A stretch of DNA of 63,939 bases, the filler included, from Octopus bimaculoides (Eukaryota), in assembly GCF_001194135.2 (NCBI RefSeq). It is 9 parts of 9 records of this genome, joined end to end, with 100 filler letters (N's around TTAATTAATTAA, not from the genome) between each part and the next. Parts side by side here need not be neighbours in the genome. Positions count along the whole stretch, not along the records: positions 34,746 to 43,035 come from NC_068981.1; positions 43,136 to 48,542 come from NC_068982.1; positions 48,643 to 51,625 come from NC_069008.1; 6 more parts are not named here. The stretch is one strand, 5' to 3'. The notes under the pieces are model-generated. The model did not search any database and had not been told where the DNA came from. It saw only the letters and a program-made list of their open reading frames with translations. Of this stretch, positions 38,601 to 49,079 are shown one piece after another (position 1 is the first letter of the stretch; the number at the start of each line of letters is the position of its first letter). A program made the position numbers and the translations under genes.

Positions 38601-38990
38601 ATCGATCAACCTTTTTAAGGTTGCAAATAATGTCGCTATCGTTCTCCTGTAGTCTTACCTTTATTCTGTCGTAGATTGCCTTTTGTTCATCTGTCATGTC
38701 GCCATTAGTTTTATTGTCTTCTTTTAGATCATCTATATGTCTCTCATCAAATAAACTACCACTGCTCCTTTCTTGTGCTATGAGATTACTCTTATTAGTA
38801 AAAACTGTATTTTCATCGTTATCTCTGCTGCTATTGTCCATGACTCGTCTTTTGATGGCTTCGAGCTCTACTTCTGTGAACCAACATCTTTTTTCTTATT
38901 GCTCTAACTTGATCACACAGTCTCTGTTCCGTGAGTTGAAACAATCCCTTTTCTCACCAATGATCATACAAACGTTATCGACAGGCTGGA
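35674..38990 (-). mobile_element. Near-full-length degraded R4/Dong-clade non-LTR retrotransposon (N-terminal region, RT, CCHC knuckle, restriction-like endonuclease, 3' UTR)
   Basis: NWNAPGPDGVQGYWIK; GIFEGDCLSP region; NHLLFMDDLKLYGK (RT active site); YKYLG; LKLETEALICAAQEQALRTN; CRICRQNSETVWHIISQC (CCHC); KRRHDNIA; RLE region. Many stops and frameshifts; a 44-bp internal tandem duplication at 35917-36008. Confidence 0.95.
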
Positions 38991-39267
38991 GCCGGACCAG
39001 AGTGTAACACTGTCACCATCATTTATTTCAGTTTCATTACCACTGTTATTCACAATATTTTGTTTTTTTCATTGTCACTCATATGAGGTAGCGATTATCA
39101 GGTTGCGCAATTACCAGTGTTTTTATTGTGACACCATCACTAGATGTATCATTATTAGCCCATAAGGAGACTCCACCCCTCCCCTTTCATTATTATTATT
39201 ATTATTATCATCACTGATATCACTGGTATTATTGTTTTTATGCGTAGTAGTAGCAATGGTTGCAGCA

Positions 39268-39315
<48 letters not shown>

Positions 39316-39375
39316 GAATGTTACCATTCAGTCTCAAAATATTTTCTTTACACCGCTCTGACCTTGCCATATAAC

Positions 39376-39494
39376 TATTAAACTATTGTTTTGAAAGAGT
39401 TCGTTCCTATTTACTTGTTGCTATGTATTGCCAATTGGAAATGCTTAGCAACATGTAAATAAAGAACGAACTCTTTCTAAAAGATAGTTTAATA
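39376..39494. repeat. ~119-bp imperfect palindrome (MITE-like hairpin)
   Basis: TATTAAACTATTGTTTTGAAAGAGTTCGTTCCTATTTACTTGTTGCTA pairs with TAGCAACATGTAAATAAAGAACGAACTCTTTCTAAAAGATAGTTTAATA; ~22-nt loop. Confidence 0.8.
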
Positions 39495-39829
39495 CTTATA
39501 TGACGAGATTATAGAGGGGTAACAAAATGTGGAATTTCAACAACAATGCCAATAATTGTAATCTTAAAAATTGAAGAAGCAGTGATTGTGTTTAAAATAT
39601 AATCGAAAAGAAATAATTGAAATGCATTATAGTCTACTCAGTACGTGAGATTTGAAAAATGTGTGTTCACGCGCGCGCGTGTGATATATTCTTTTTTTTT
39701 TATCGAAACTGTTTTCGCCTGAAGGTCGCAGTTGCATAAAGTTTCAATCATAAAACACAATCTCAGTTTCATTTTTAATCAAAACAAAAAAAAAGAGATA
39801 AACTGTACCTTCTACAAAATGTATTGAGC

Positions 39830-41825
39830 ACTCTTCTCTCATTCAGCCGACATAAACCAGCGTAAACTTTCATATTGACATCTTGTATGTACAGGAACAC
39901 CGTCTCTTCTATGATGATCATGATTTAAAGCATCATGAACTCGATAACAACTGAGCTTTTGTGTCTGTATCTGCATGGAAAAATTCTATCAATAGCACCA
40001 TCGGCGGTGTAGGATTATTTCTCAGCCTGTATGCCCTAAAATCACTAAACAGCATTGAAAAAATAACATCTAGAATAACAGTTGCCAATTTCAACGGTAA
40101 CCCTTCTACTACTGTCAACTGCTGATACAGCCCAACAAATGTCAGCGATGGACAAGAGGTCATAAATTTTTACAATGATTTATCATCTCTTGTGCGATTT
40201 ATACCAAAACACAGCATCCTCATCATTGGCGGAGATATGAATGCACAATTAGGCCATGACAGTCCCCATCATAAGTACTCGTTCCATCAAACTTCAAACC
40301 AAAATGGAGAACACTTAGAGCACTTCTTGATAGAAAATAAACCAATGCCTGAACACTTATTTTCAGAAGAGACCGGGAAAGAAGTAGACCTATACTTTCC
40401 CAAAGACCGTCTTATCATGAACAAGAAATGGATTAACAGCTGCCACAACTGTGAAGCATACAACACTTTCTTTGGTGCATCATCTGACCATCGAGTGGTA
40501 ACAGCTAAGCTTCAGGTAAGCCTCCGAACTTCAAGACCGCTCTGCAACTGGGCTATTCTGACGTACGAGAAAGTCCGAAATGACTTCACGATCAAATTCA
40601 GAAATCGCTTCGATGCGTTACAAGATGCAAACGAAGATCACAAACTAAACACAACATATCTCAACTTCGTCTAAGCTCATTATGAGGCTGCTGAAAAATG
40701 CATCCCTTTAAGACCAAAAGTGAAACGAAAACCCCTTGGGAAAGCGCCACAGCGCTCGCAAAAAGAATTAACATAGAGGAAATAACCAAACAGTACAACA
40801 TGAATCCTACGAGAAGAAATTTAAATAGAAAAACGAAGGCGCTGAAAGAACTTAATGTATTATATCAGACGGAACAGCAAAAATATATTCAAAGCCAAAT
40901 TGACAAAATCAAAAACGCAGCAGACAATAAACAGTCTTCCTTGGCGTGGCAGACAGTAAATGAAGTGAGTGGTCAGAAGAAATCCTCCAAAGCGAAGTTG
41001 AAGGCCTCTAACCGACAGGAGAGACTGACTAAGTGGAAAGACCATTTTCAAAACCTTCTTGAGAAATCACCGAATACATCAAACCAGCAGATCCATCGTA
41101 TTGTTGAGGAGGTCCTGGATATCAAGCACGGACCCTTCTCGATAGAAGAGCTTGAAGTCGAACTAAGGAAGACTAAAAACCGAAAGGCTGCAGGATTGGA
41201 TGACATCTCTCCTGAAATCTGGAAAACCGCCATTTTCAATAACATTCTTCTCCAATCGTGCGACTCACTATATCATCAAAGTGATAAAAAAAGTCTGAAC
41301 AGAAGGATGTATTCTACCTTTACCCAAAAAAGTGGATCTGGGCTTTGCAATAAACTACAGAGGAATTACATTAACACCAATTGCAGCGAAGATTTACAAT
41401 GCATTGCTACTCAATCGAATCCAACCTCAAATTGAAAGAGTTCTTAGGAAAAAATCAAAATGGATTCAGGAAGAGCCGCTCTACATCTGGTCAAATTCTC
41501 AGTTAGGAGGATGTTGGAAGGAGTATGAGCCAAAAGCTTTAATGCAGTTCTGCTCTTTGTTGATTTTTCCAAAGCATTTGACTCTGTGCACAGAGATAAG
41601 ATGGCAGAAATCCTTAGGACATATGGAATCTCTGATGAAACAAGGCAATAATGATGTATAAAAACACCCGAGCGAAAGTTTGGTCACCGATGGAGATACT
41701 GACTTCTTCGATGTTCGAGCAGGAGTACTGTAGGGTGACACACTAGCTCCTTACTTGTTCATCTTACTTGTCNNNNNNNNNNCGTACCACAGCAGATCAA
41801 CACAATGATCTGGGTTTCTCTTTAC
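39830..41825 (+). mobile_element. RTE-like LINE fragment (APE endonuclease + N-terminal RT), degraded
   Basis: IDILYVQEHR, SAWKNS..TIGGVG, YSPTN, IIGGDMNAQLG, SSDHRVVTAKL (APE); KAAGLDDISPEIWK, NYRGITLTPIAAKIYNALLLNRI, FVDFSKAFDSVHR-like region, GVL*GDTLAPYLF (RT). Confidence 0.9.
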
Positions 41826-41859
41826 CAGGATATATCCGGCCATCTATATATATATATAT

Positions 41860-42050
41860 GAAAGAATGTACGAAAAAAAACAACAACAGACGAGGACAGG
41901 TGGTGTAAACAACAAAAGGATGTATTAGTTTGACGCTCAGGAATACAGAAAGTCTTTAACGTTTTGAGCTACGCTCTTCAACAGAAAGAATACGGAGAAA
42001 ACAAAGAGAAAAACACGGAGAAAAAAAATTGAATGGTGTTTGGTCAGCGA
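41860..42050. mobile_element. Penelope-type terminal-repeat fragment with a degenerate minimal hammerhead on the minus strand (41953-41989)
   Basis: Minus strand: TCTTT-CTGTTGA-A-GAGC-gta-GCTC-AAAA-CGTT-AAAGA. Confidence 0.55.
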
Positions 42051-42404
42051 TTATATATATATGAAACACCGAATAAATCATTCACAGGTACTGCTAATAA
42101 CCTCCGGACTGAACTGACTGAAATGTATCTGGCGTACTCGCTAGCCGCTGCTGAGACAAACTTCGTCTTCACCCGATATATACTGTGTATTTTTCAACAC
42201 AGTGCGTCCCTAATCTCAGAACGAATGTTCCAGTAACGTGCCTCTCAACGATGTAATTATTACATTAAATCTGATACATAGATGAGTATAAAAACAGTAT
42301 TTTATTAAGTCATAAAATTGAAATAGTCAATACACAGTTTCAAAAGCTTCTGAATATGCAGATATAATTGAATATACAGAGCACACCATAAACACTTGCT
42401 ATAT

Positions 42405-43035
42405 CTTTTATTTGTTTCAGTCATCAGACTGTGGCCATGCTGGGGCACCACCTTGAAGAATTTTAATCGAACGAATCGAGCCTAGTACTTTTCTTTTAAA
42501 GCCTGGTTATTATTTTATCGGGTCCTTTTACCGAACCGCTACGTTACGGGGGCGGAAACACACCGACACCGGTTGTCAAGCGGTGGTGGACAACCGGTGT
42601 TGGTGTGTTTCTGTCTCCGTAACGTAGCGGCTCATCAAAAGAACCCGATAAAATGAATAAAAACGTGTGATGAATGACAGGTTTCTTTCAGTTTCTGTCT
42701 ACCTTATCCACTGACAAGGCTTTGGTCGGCCCGAGGCTATAGCAGAAGACACCTGCCCAAGTTGCCACTCAGTGGCACTGAACCCGGAACCTTGTGCTTG
42801 GGAAGTAAACTTACCACACAGCCACGCCTGCACCTATAGGTTAATAAACCTAAGTTTCATGTTTTTTTTTCTTCCTGTATTTTTAAAACTCGTGCAACGC
42901 TGGGTACGCATGGATGTGTGATAAGAAGCTAGCGGTTCGGCAAAAGAGATCGGTAGAATAAGTGTCAGGCTTTAAAAAAATGAGTACTGGGATCAATTCG
43001 TTCGACTAAAATTCAAGGCGGTGCTCCAGCATGAC
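42405..43035. mobile_element. Nested SINE family-B pieces (42405-42835 minus; 42905-43035 plus)
   Basis: Tail (reverse complement) AAGGTGGTGCCCCAGCATGGCCACAGTC, body, and head ACTTACCACACAGCCACGCC; a second tail GGCGGTGCTCCAGCATG ends at the gap. Confidence 0.8.
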
Positions 43036-43135
43036 NNNNNNNNNNNNNNNNNNNNNNNNNNNNNNNNNNNNNNNNNNNNTTAATTAATTAANNNNNNNNN
43101 NNNNNNNNNNNNNNNNNNNNNNNNNNNNNNNNNNN

Positions 43136-43181
<46 letters not shown>

Positions 43182-43464
43182 TATTTATGAAATGTCTAAA
43201 AGGCATTGAAACATTATTACAACTGGCGATATTGTTATATCAATAGAGCTAGCGAAATGCATGTTTCCTTAATATAAGCGTTGTTACTAAAATAAAAGAA
43301 TTGTCATTTAAATTGCTGGAAGGAAGATTATATTGTGTTCAACCCATTTAAATACTTCATGACCTTAAATAGTTCTAAAGGTTATTCGTTCTTCCCGATC
43401 GATCGAATTTAATCTTTGTGAGAAAATGAGCCACGAGACTGAAATATAATTTTGTTTATTGCAG

Positions 43465-43514
43465 AAGCGCTGATAGAAATGTTGCAACCACTTCAATCAA
43501 TTAAGAAGAAAGAG
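43465..43514 (+). CDS. Candidate 50-nt internal coding exon (phase 1 to 0), EALIEMLQPLQSIKKKE
   Basis: Strong acceptor TTTTGTTTATTGCAG, donor GAG|GTGAAT, open frame, non-repeat context. No homology recognised. Confidence 0.35.
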
Positions 43515-43674
43515 GTGAATTTTGAATTTCATCTTGAAGGTCGGACAATAATGGAATTGCATAAAAAGTTTAATATTTCAAATTACAGTTGTAACATGGA
43601 ATATCTTAATTTTTTAAAATTTATTGTAACAATTGTCAGAATTCCTCAGGTCTANNNNNNNNNNTGCCCAGTCC

Positions 43675-43750
<76 letters not shown>

Positions 43751-44233
43751 TTCGGTTTAGAATTTCCTGTTGTTCATACCTAATAAGTTAGCTCTTGTTT
43801 TCTCTTACAAATTCATTTCCTCAAAACTTGCATACATAGTATACATGGTAATATAACGCTAGTGAAAATCGTAGACCCGTCGACTACCATAAAATAAAAA
43901 TAACAATAATGGATTATCTGTTGCTGCTTTTCATGATGAGCATTCAACAGTTTGTACCAACTGAGTCTTAATCAGTTGAGTAGCCAACAAACATCTGAGC
44001 CTTTGACGAAATTCCATGCCAAACTAATTTTAGGAATGCATCAAAACCGAACACATTGAATCACAGGTCCAAATCAGAGAGATAATACGAGCAATGATGG
44101 TACTTTATTTTGACTGTAGTTTCATTTGAATTCAGAACACCTAAATTTTTACTGCCAGGCGAAATATCTGACGTTCGAACAATTCTGTTCACTCACCGAG
44201 AATTAAAAGCAGCATGTTATCAATAAATTACCT

Positions 44234-44686
44234 CAGTTCTATATTCAAGAGATGAGGAATTATGTACATTATTTACATATGACAGAAAAGTAAAAGAAGC
44301 AGCACATATGCTGGGATACAACAACCTCCTAAGCAGACTTATGAATAGGATATGGGAACCGGTGTTAAGGAAGGATAGGAAAATATTAGATTTATAAGCC
44401 CTAAATTTCACTCCACAATTGCTCACGGGGTTATGGCGTAGTGGTTAAGAGCGCGGGCTACTAACCCCAAGATTCTGAGTTCGATTCCAGGCAGTGACCT
44501 GAGTAATAATAATAATAATAGCAGCAAAATCAAAAAAGGACCGTATTCAATGACCTGAATAATAATACCCAGGTTCGAAATTTCCCCAAGACACCTGAAG
44601 AAGGCTGGAGGGTATATCAGCCGAAACGTAGTGTTAACAACAAACAAGATGAGGACAAATATCCGTCAAATGTAAATAATGTAAAT
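44234..44686 (+). mobile_element. Penelope-like element 3' end: inverted terminal-repeat piece, GIY-YIG C-terminus, tRNA-like A/B-box segment, hammerhead ribozyme
   Basis: RKVKEAAHMLGYNNLLSRLMNRIWEPVLRK...* (44284-44397); A box TGGCGTAGTGG 44434-44444; B box GTTCGATTCC 44479-44488; 21-bp inverted repeat 44265-44285 vs 44663-44683 (19/21). Confidence 0.72.
44590..44635 (+). ncRNA. Minimal type-I hammerhead ribozyme (PLE-type)
   Basis: Helix I GACAC/GTGTT; core CTGAAGA plus one extra A; helix II GGCTG/CAGCC with a 10-nt loop; GAAA; palindromic ACGT helix III; predicted GUA cleavage after 44630. Confidence 0.75.
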
Positions 44687-45035
44687 TAAGCGTGGATGTG
44701 TGGTAAGAAGTTTCATTGCCAACCACATGTTCAGTCGTACTGCGTGACACTTTGAGTAAGTGTCCTCTACAATAACTTGAGGCTGACTGAAGACTTGTGA
44801 GTGGTTTTGGTAGACGGAAACTGAAAGAAGCCCGTCATATATATGTGGCTGCGTGTATGTATGTTTGTCTCCCACCATTGCTTGACGACCGGTGCTGGTT
44901 TACGTCACCGTAACATAGGAGTTCGGTATAAGAGACCCATACTTAAAAAAGTAAGTTCTGGGCTCGATTCATTCGACTAAAAAGTCAAGGCAGTGCCCCT
45001 GCATGGTCGCAGTCTAATGACTAAAAAGATAAAAT
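44687..45035 (+). mobile_element. Full-length SINE family B
   Basis: Head GTGGATGTGTGGTAAGAAG, body GAAAGAAGCCCGTC, tail AGGCAGTGCCCCTGCATGGTCGCAGTCTAATGAC. Confidence 0.88.
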
Positions 45036-46157
45036 AGATTAGATTCTTTTACGACATTTAGACACACGTCTTAAAGATTGAAGTTCAAATCTTCTGGAAT
45101 CGATAACATAATTATCAATCAATTAATAAAATCAATGTGATATACTACACTTACCCAATTATGCTGCCTTGTTTCACTTATTTCACTCTTACGAAACATT
45201 ACTTATGATTGCAGCGGTGTATTGTAGTTTGAAGATTTGAACTATCTACAAATTAGTGTCCCTCTTAATTACACGAAAGATTTAGTGAACAGATCCCAAA
45301 TGCAAGGCATTATAGAAGACGGGAATAATTACAGTGACAAGAGGAAATCGTACGAGATTGAGTTAATTGGATAGCTTCCCGAGGTCGATGTGTCCGACGT
45401 TTCTGTCATACTACTAGCATTTGCATCATATACGTGGGTACTTAATTCTCGTTGCTTCAATCGATCAAACATTTACATGATTCGAAGCAGTGACTACGCC
45501 AAAATTGACGCTATACTGTCGCCCCAGATCGAGCAGTGCTAAGGTATGCAGGTAATATAGTGAAAAATTACGTCTAACACATGGATTTATCTTCCAAGGT
45601 TTAACCTGTCTCCTAGTTGCACATTCCAGCATGTAAGATGAATGGTATGGAGTAGAAAGTTAACACTCACTCCATTTTCCACTCTGTTCTTGTACACCGA
45701 AACATTCTGGAAATATTCGCAATACAAGAGGGCAAGGATTTTCCGGTGAAACAGTTGCTGTTCAACATGCATTAACAATTATTCCTGATATTATTCTCAT
45801 AAATGTAGCGTAGAAAGGAATGACTTCTACTTGGCTGATTTATTTTTAATGCACGAAATGAAGTGGAATTTCTGGAACAGCACTTCTATTTTTCTATGCA
45901 TTGATTAGTGACTGAAACATTGCCTATAACTTTCGTAAGACGTTTGAAATATTGCATTATCAATACTGTACAGAACTCAAAACCAATTTTAATATTTGTG
46001 ATCCTTTTTACTAACCAACCCAAACTGATTAGATGGCAACCGCTAACCTAATTTAATGTATACCTACGTCTGAACTGATAATATTACTGAAATATCATGT
46101 ATCTTTAGTATTTTCCAAAATGTTTGGTTACATAAAGCATGTTTCTATTATACTATA

Positions 46158-46739
46158 TACTTTAGCGAAGGTGGAGGTATTGTTTTTTTAGTTGCGTTTG
46201 TTTGTTTGTTTGTCCAAGGACAGATATCTCAAAAACCGCTCGATAGATTCGGGAGAAACTTTCAGGGATGTTTGGCTTCATGACTGGTATGAACTGATTA
46301 GATTTTGGGATCGATCCAGTACCGCACAAGGATTCTGGATTATTTGTTATATTTACTTTATATGATTACGATCTTATGTTAACTTCCAAGTCTCTCTCAA
46401 TTATCTCCCTTTATGTTGTAACTATTTTGAATGGGGAATTTGTTAACTTTGGCTTGTATTAGATAAGGATCATCTATTTGTTACTGTTACTAAATTTTGT
46501 ACAGTCACCTTCACATTGCATGACTACCATTGGGGTCGATGAGGTACCGGATTAGGATTCTGGATTCTTTTTCCTGTTTTTTACTTAATTTTTGAGACCG
46601 GGTTCACGTTTAGCATTCTCGTGTGTGAAGCAGTCGAGTTTATTTTATGTTCTCATTTTAAAAGGTTATCTCTGGCTAATCGTTGAGAAGACGTAGGTGT
46701 TGCCTTGGCGAATGTTTGCACTCTCTGAGTGCTCTTGTT
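46158..46739 (+). mobile_element. DINE-1/Helentron-like non-autonomous rolling-circle element
   Basis: 5' CTTTAGCGAAGGTGGAGGT, then (GTTT)n, a core AAAAACCGCTCGATAGATT...GAAACTTT, internal GGATTCTGGATT repeats, and 3' CCTTGGCGAATGTTTGCACTCTCTGAGTGCTCTTGTT. This is the usual architecture of the class. Confidence 0.65.
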
Positions 46740-46966
46740 ATTATTGTATTGTCGCTGCTATTGTTGTAGTTCCATGTAGCAGTTGCTGTTGTAGTTGTTA
46801 CTTTGAATGTGGCATCTGAAGTAATAGAAGCCTTCTTACTTTCACCCGTTTTAGATGGAAGGCTTTCGGGTGGTGTGTAGCAATTCATATGTGGCACCTG
46901 AGCCTTCTGTCCTCTACCATGACGTTATGCTCAATTCAACAGTTGGATTTGATATATATAGAACTA

Positions 46967-47765
46967 CGAAGGTCGGCTGAAATATTCATAGGCTAACTAA
47001 GATACTCCCATGGAATATGACAAAATGAGGTTTATTTTTCCCCATAACCCCCTTGCAATCCACACACTTCTTGCATCTGTATTGCAGAGCCTAGATTCCA
47101 TTGGTGAAGAAGCTTTCATCTTGTTGGTCAAAGAAGTCATTAACAGCAGATATGACATCATTATCACTGCGATACTGGTTCCTAGCCAAGTGCTATTACA
47201 TGTTGGGAGCAGATGATAATTGACCTGATGAAGCAAATCCCCGTTCGTCAGTTTTCCTGGGCGTTTGTTCTTTATAGCCTTTCGTAAGTGTCTCATCAAG
47301 TTCGCATAATACTCTCCATTGGAGTTGTGGCCCTTTTGAAGATAATCAATAAAAACAATATTTTTTTGCATTCCAAAAACTGAAAACATTACCTTCTCTG
47401 CAGTTGAAACAACAATCTTGGCCCTCTTTGGAGCAGGTGAGGAGGGTGTGTGTTGCCAATGCATGGATTGTCTCTTTGACCCTGTATCAAAGTGATGAAC
47501 ACAACACTCATCTTGAGTGAAGAAACGTTCAAGATAACCAGCTGTATCTGCCTCGAATAATGTCAGATTTTCCCGTGATGTGATCAGCCTGGTGCGATTT
47601 TGATCGAGTGTCAGAAGACGTGGTACCTACCGAGACGAAACCTTTATCATACCAAGTTCATTGTGTAGATTTTATTTCAACTCTTTCACGTGATATGCTA
47701 ATAGCATTGGTTATTCGATTTACAGTCAATCACCCATCACCATTTGATGAACGTGATCTATGTTT
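46967..47765 (-). mobile_element. Mariner (Mos1/SETMAR-like) transposon, 3' two-thirds with terminal repeat, degraded
   Basis: KVSSR(W)VPRLLT (WVPHEL motif), RFFTQDECCVHHF, PKRAK...KVMFSVF, FIDYLQKG..NGEYYANLMRHLRKAIKNKRPG; end TA|CGAAGGTCGGCTGAAA at 46965-46982. Confidence 0.9.
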
Positions 47766-48204
47766 TCGAATTCTAATTAAATTATAAATCTTTGATCGTC
47801 TTCAAGATTTTTTCTTCTCCTTCTAAATTCAGCTGCCGAATTTTTCACTGTTAACGTTAGAATGTCATGATACATCGACGGAGGGGGTCATGCTCTTGTC
47901 AGTCTTGGCTCTTGTGACCGTGGTGAATGTCACACTCTCCATGTCGCCATACACTGCTCTACTTCCTGTGTTATTACTGCTCTTCTTGCTGTTGCTGAAG
48001 CTGTTATGCTGTCATGGCTTACTACTACTGCCGCAGTGGTGGTTTCGATAGTGACCTGGTTGACATTTGGAGTGCTCTCAATTTTGCATTTCCTTTTCAT
48101 GTTACAGCTGTTGCAGATGTCGCTGCTGCACTTTTTTGGTTGTTGACCTCATCGCAATGAGTATGTGTTGCCCCTCCCCTCAGCTGGACGAGACGCCGGT
48201 CCAT

Positions 48205-48414
48205 CGCAGCGTTACACAAGAAACAGGAAGAAAGAATGAGAGAAAGTTGGGGCGAAAGAGTACAACAGGGGTCGCCACCAGCCCCTGCCGGAGCCTCGTG
48301 GAGCTTTAGGTGCTTTCGCTCAATAAACACACACAAAGCCCGGTCTGGGAATCGAAACCACGATCCTCCGACCGCGGGTTCACTGCCCTAACCACTGGGC
48401 CATTGCGCCTCCAC
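48205..48414 (-). mobile_element. SINE family C, 5' half
   Basis: TGGAGGCGCAATGGCCCAGTGGTTAGGGCAG...GGTTTCGATTCCCAGACCGGGC. Confidence 0.9.
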
Positions 48415-48737
48415 TCTTCATTTATATAGAAGATCAAAAATAAAATCACAGATGACAAAAAGAGAAACGAACACGCAATCCAACGGGAAAAGTATTAGAA
48501 ATAACCGTTGACAAAAATGGATGTATAAACGCCCTCGGTCAANNNNNNNNNNNNNNNNNNNNNNNNNNNNNNNNNNNNNNNNNNNNTTAATTAATTAANN
48601 NNNNNNNNNNNNNNNNNNNNNNNNNNNNNNNNNNNNNNNNNNTCCATAGTGTTGGCATAGCTTCCAGTGTATATAGGTCCCAGCTCTGTCGTGTCTGTGA
48701 ATATATTCCTTCTTAGCCAGGACTGTGCAGCCAGAGA

Positions 48738-48807
<70 letters not shown>

Positions 48808-48811
48808 TCAG

Positions 48812-48990
48812 ATAGCCAATGGATTAAAACATATGGTATATCAATGGGAGCTGGTTCAAAAGTCTATAATTCATTTAAAAATAAGAAAAGTCCTTCAACC
48901 TGGAAAGTGGACAAATGCAAGGGTATCTTCTGTCCTAACTTTTTCCGACATCCTATTCTTGATTTCTGGAATCATCTTCCAATTGATGAG
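48812..48990 (+). CDS. Internal coding exon (179 nt, phase 1 to 0) of an uncharacterised, probably secreted protein
   Basis: Acceptor TATTTCAG|, consensus donor GAG|GTAAGT; open frame xSQWIKTYGISMGAGSKVYNSFKNKKSPSTWKVDKCKGIFCPNFFRHPILDFWNHLPIDE. Pattern W..(F/Y)...G.G..VY......(Y/F)R..ILD.W...I.EV recalls an uncharacterised mollusc/cnidarian extracellular domain (from memory, unverified). Confidence 0.72.
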
Positions 48991-49002
48991 GTAAGTAAGC
49001 AC

Positions 49003-49079
<77 letters not shown>

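Noticed and set aside
44425-44500. Possible functional tRNA gene
   Set aside because: A/B boxes are present but acceptor and anticodon stems do not pair fully, there is no T-run terminator, and it is embedded in a repeat; treated as tRNA-derived. The same applies to the SINE heads and to 11540-11610.
48110-48160. Acceptor/donor pair that might supply the missing exon between 43514 and 48812
   Set aside because: The phase-0 frame hits a stop (TTT GGT TGT TGA); the only open frame has the wrong entry phase and is low-complexity.
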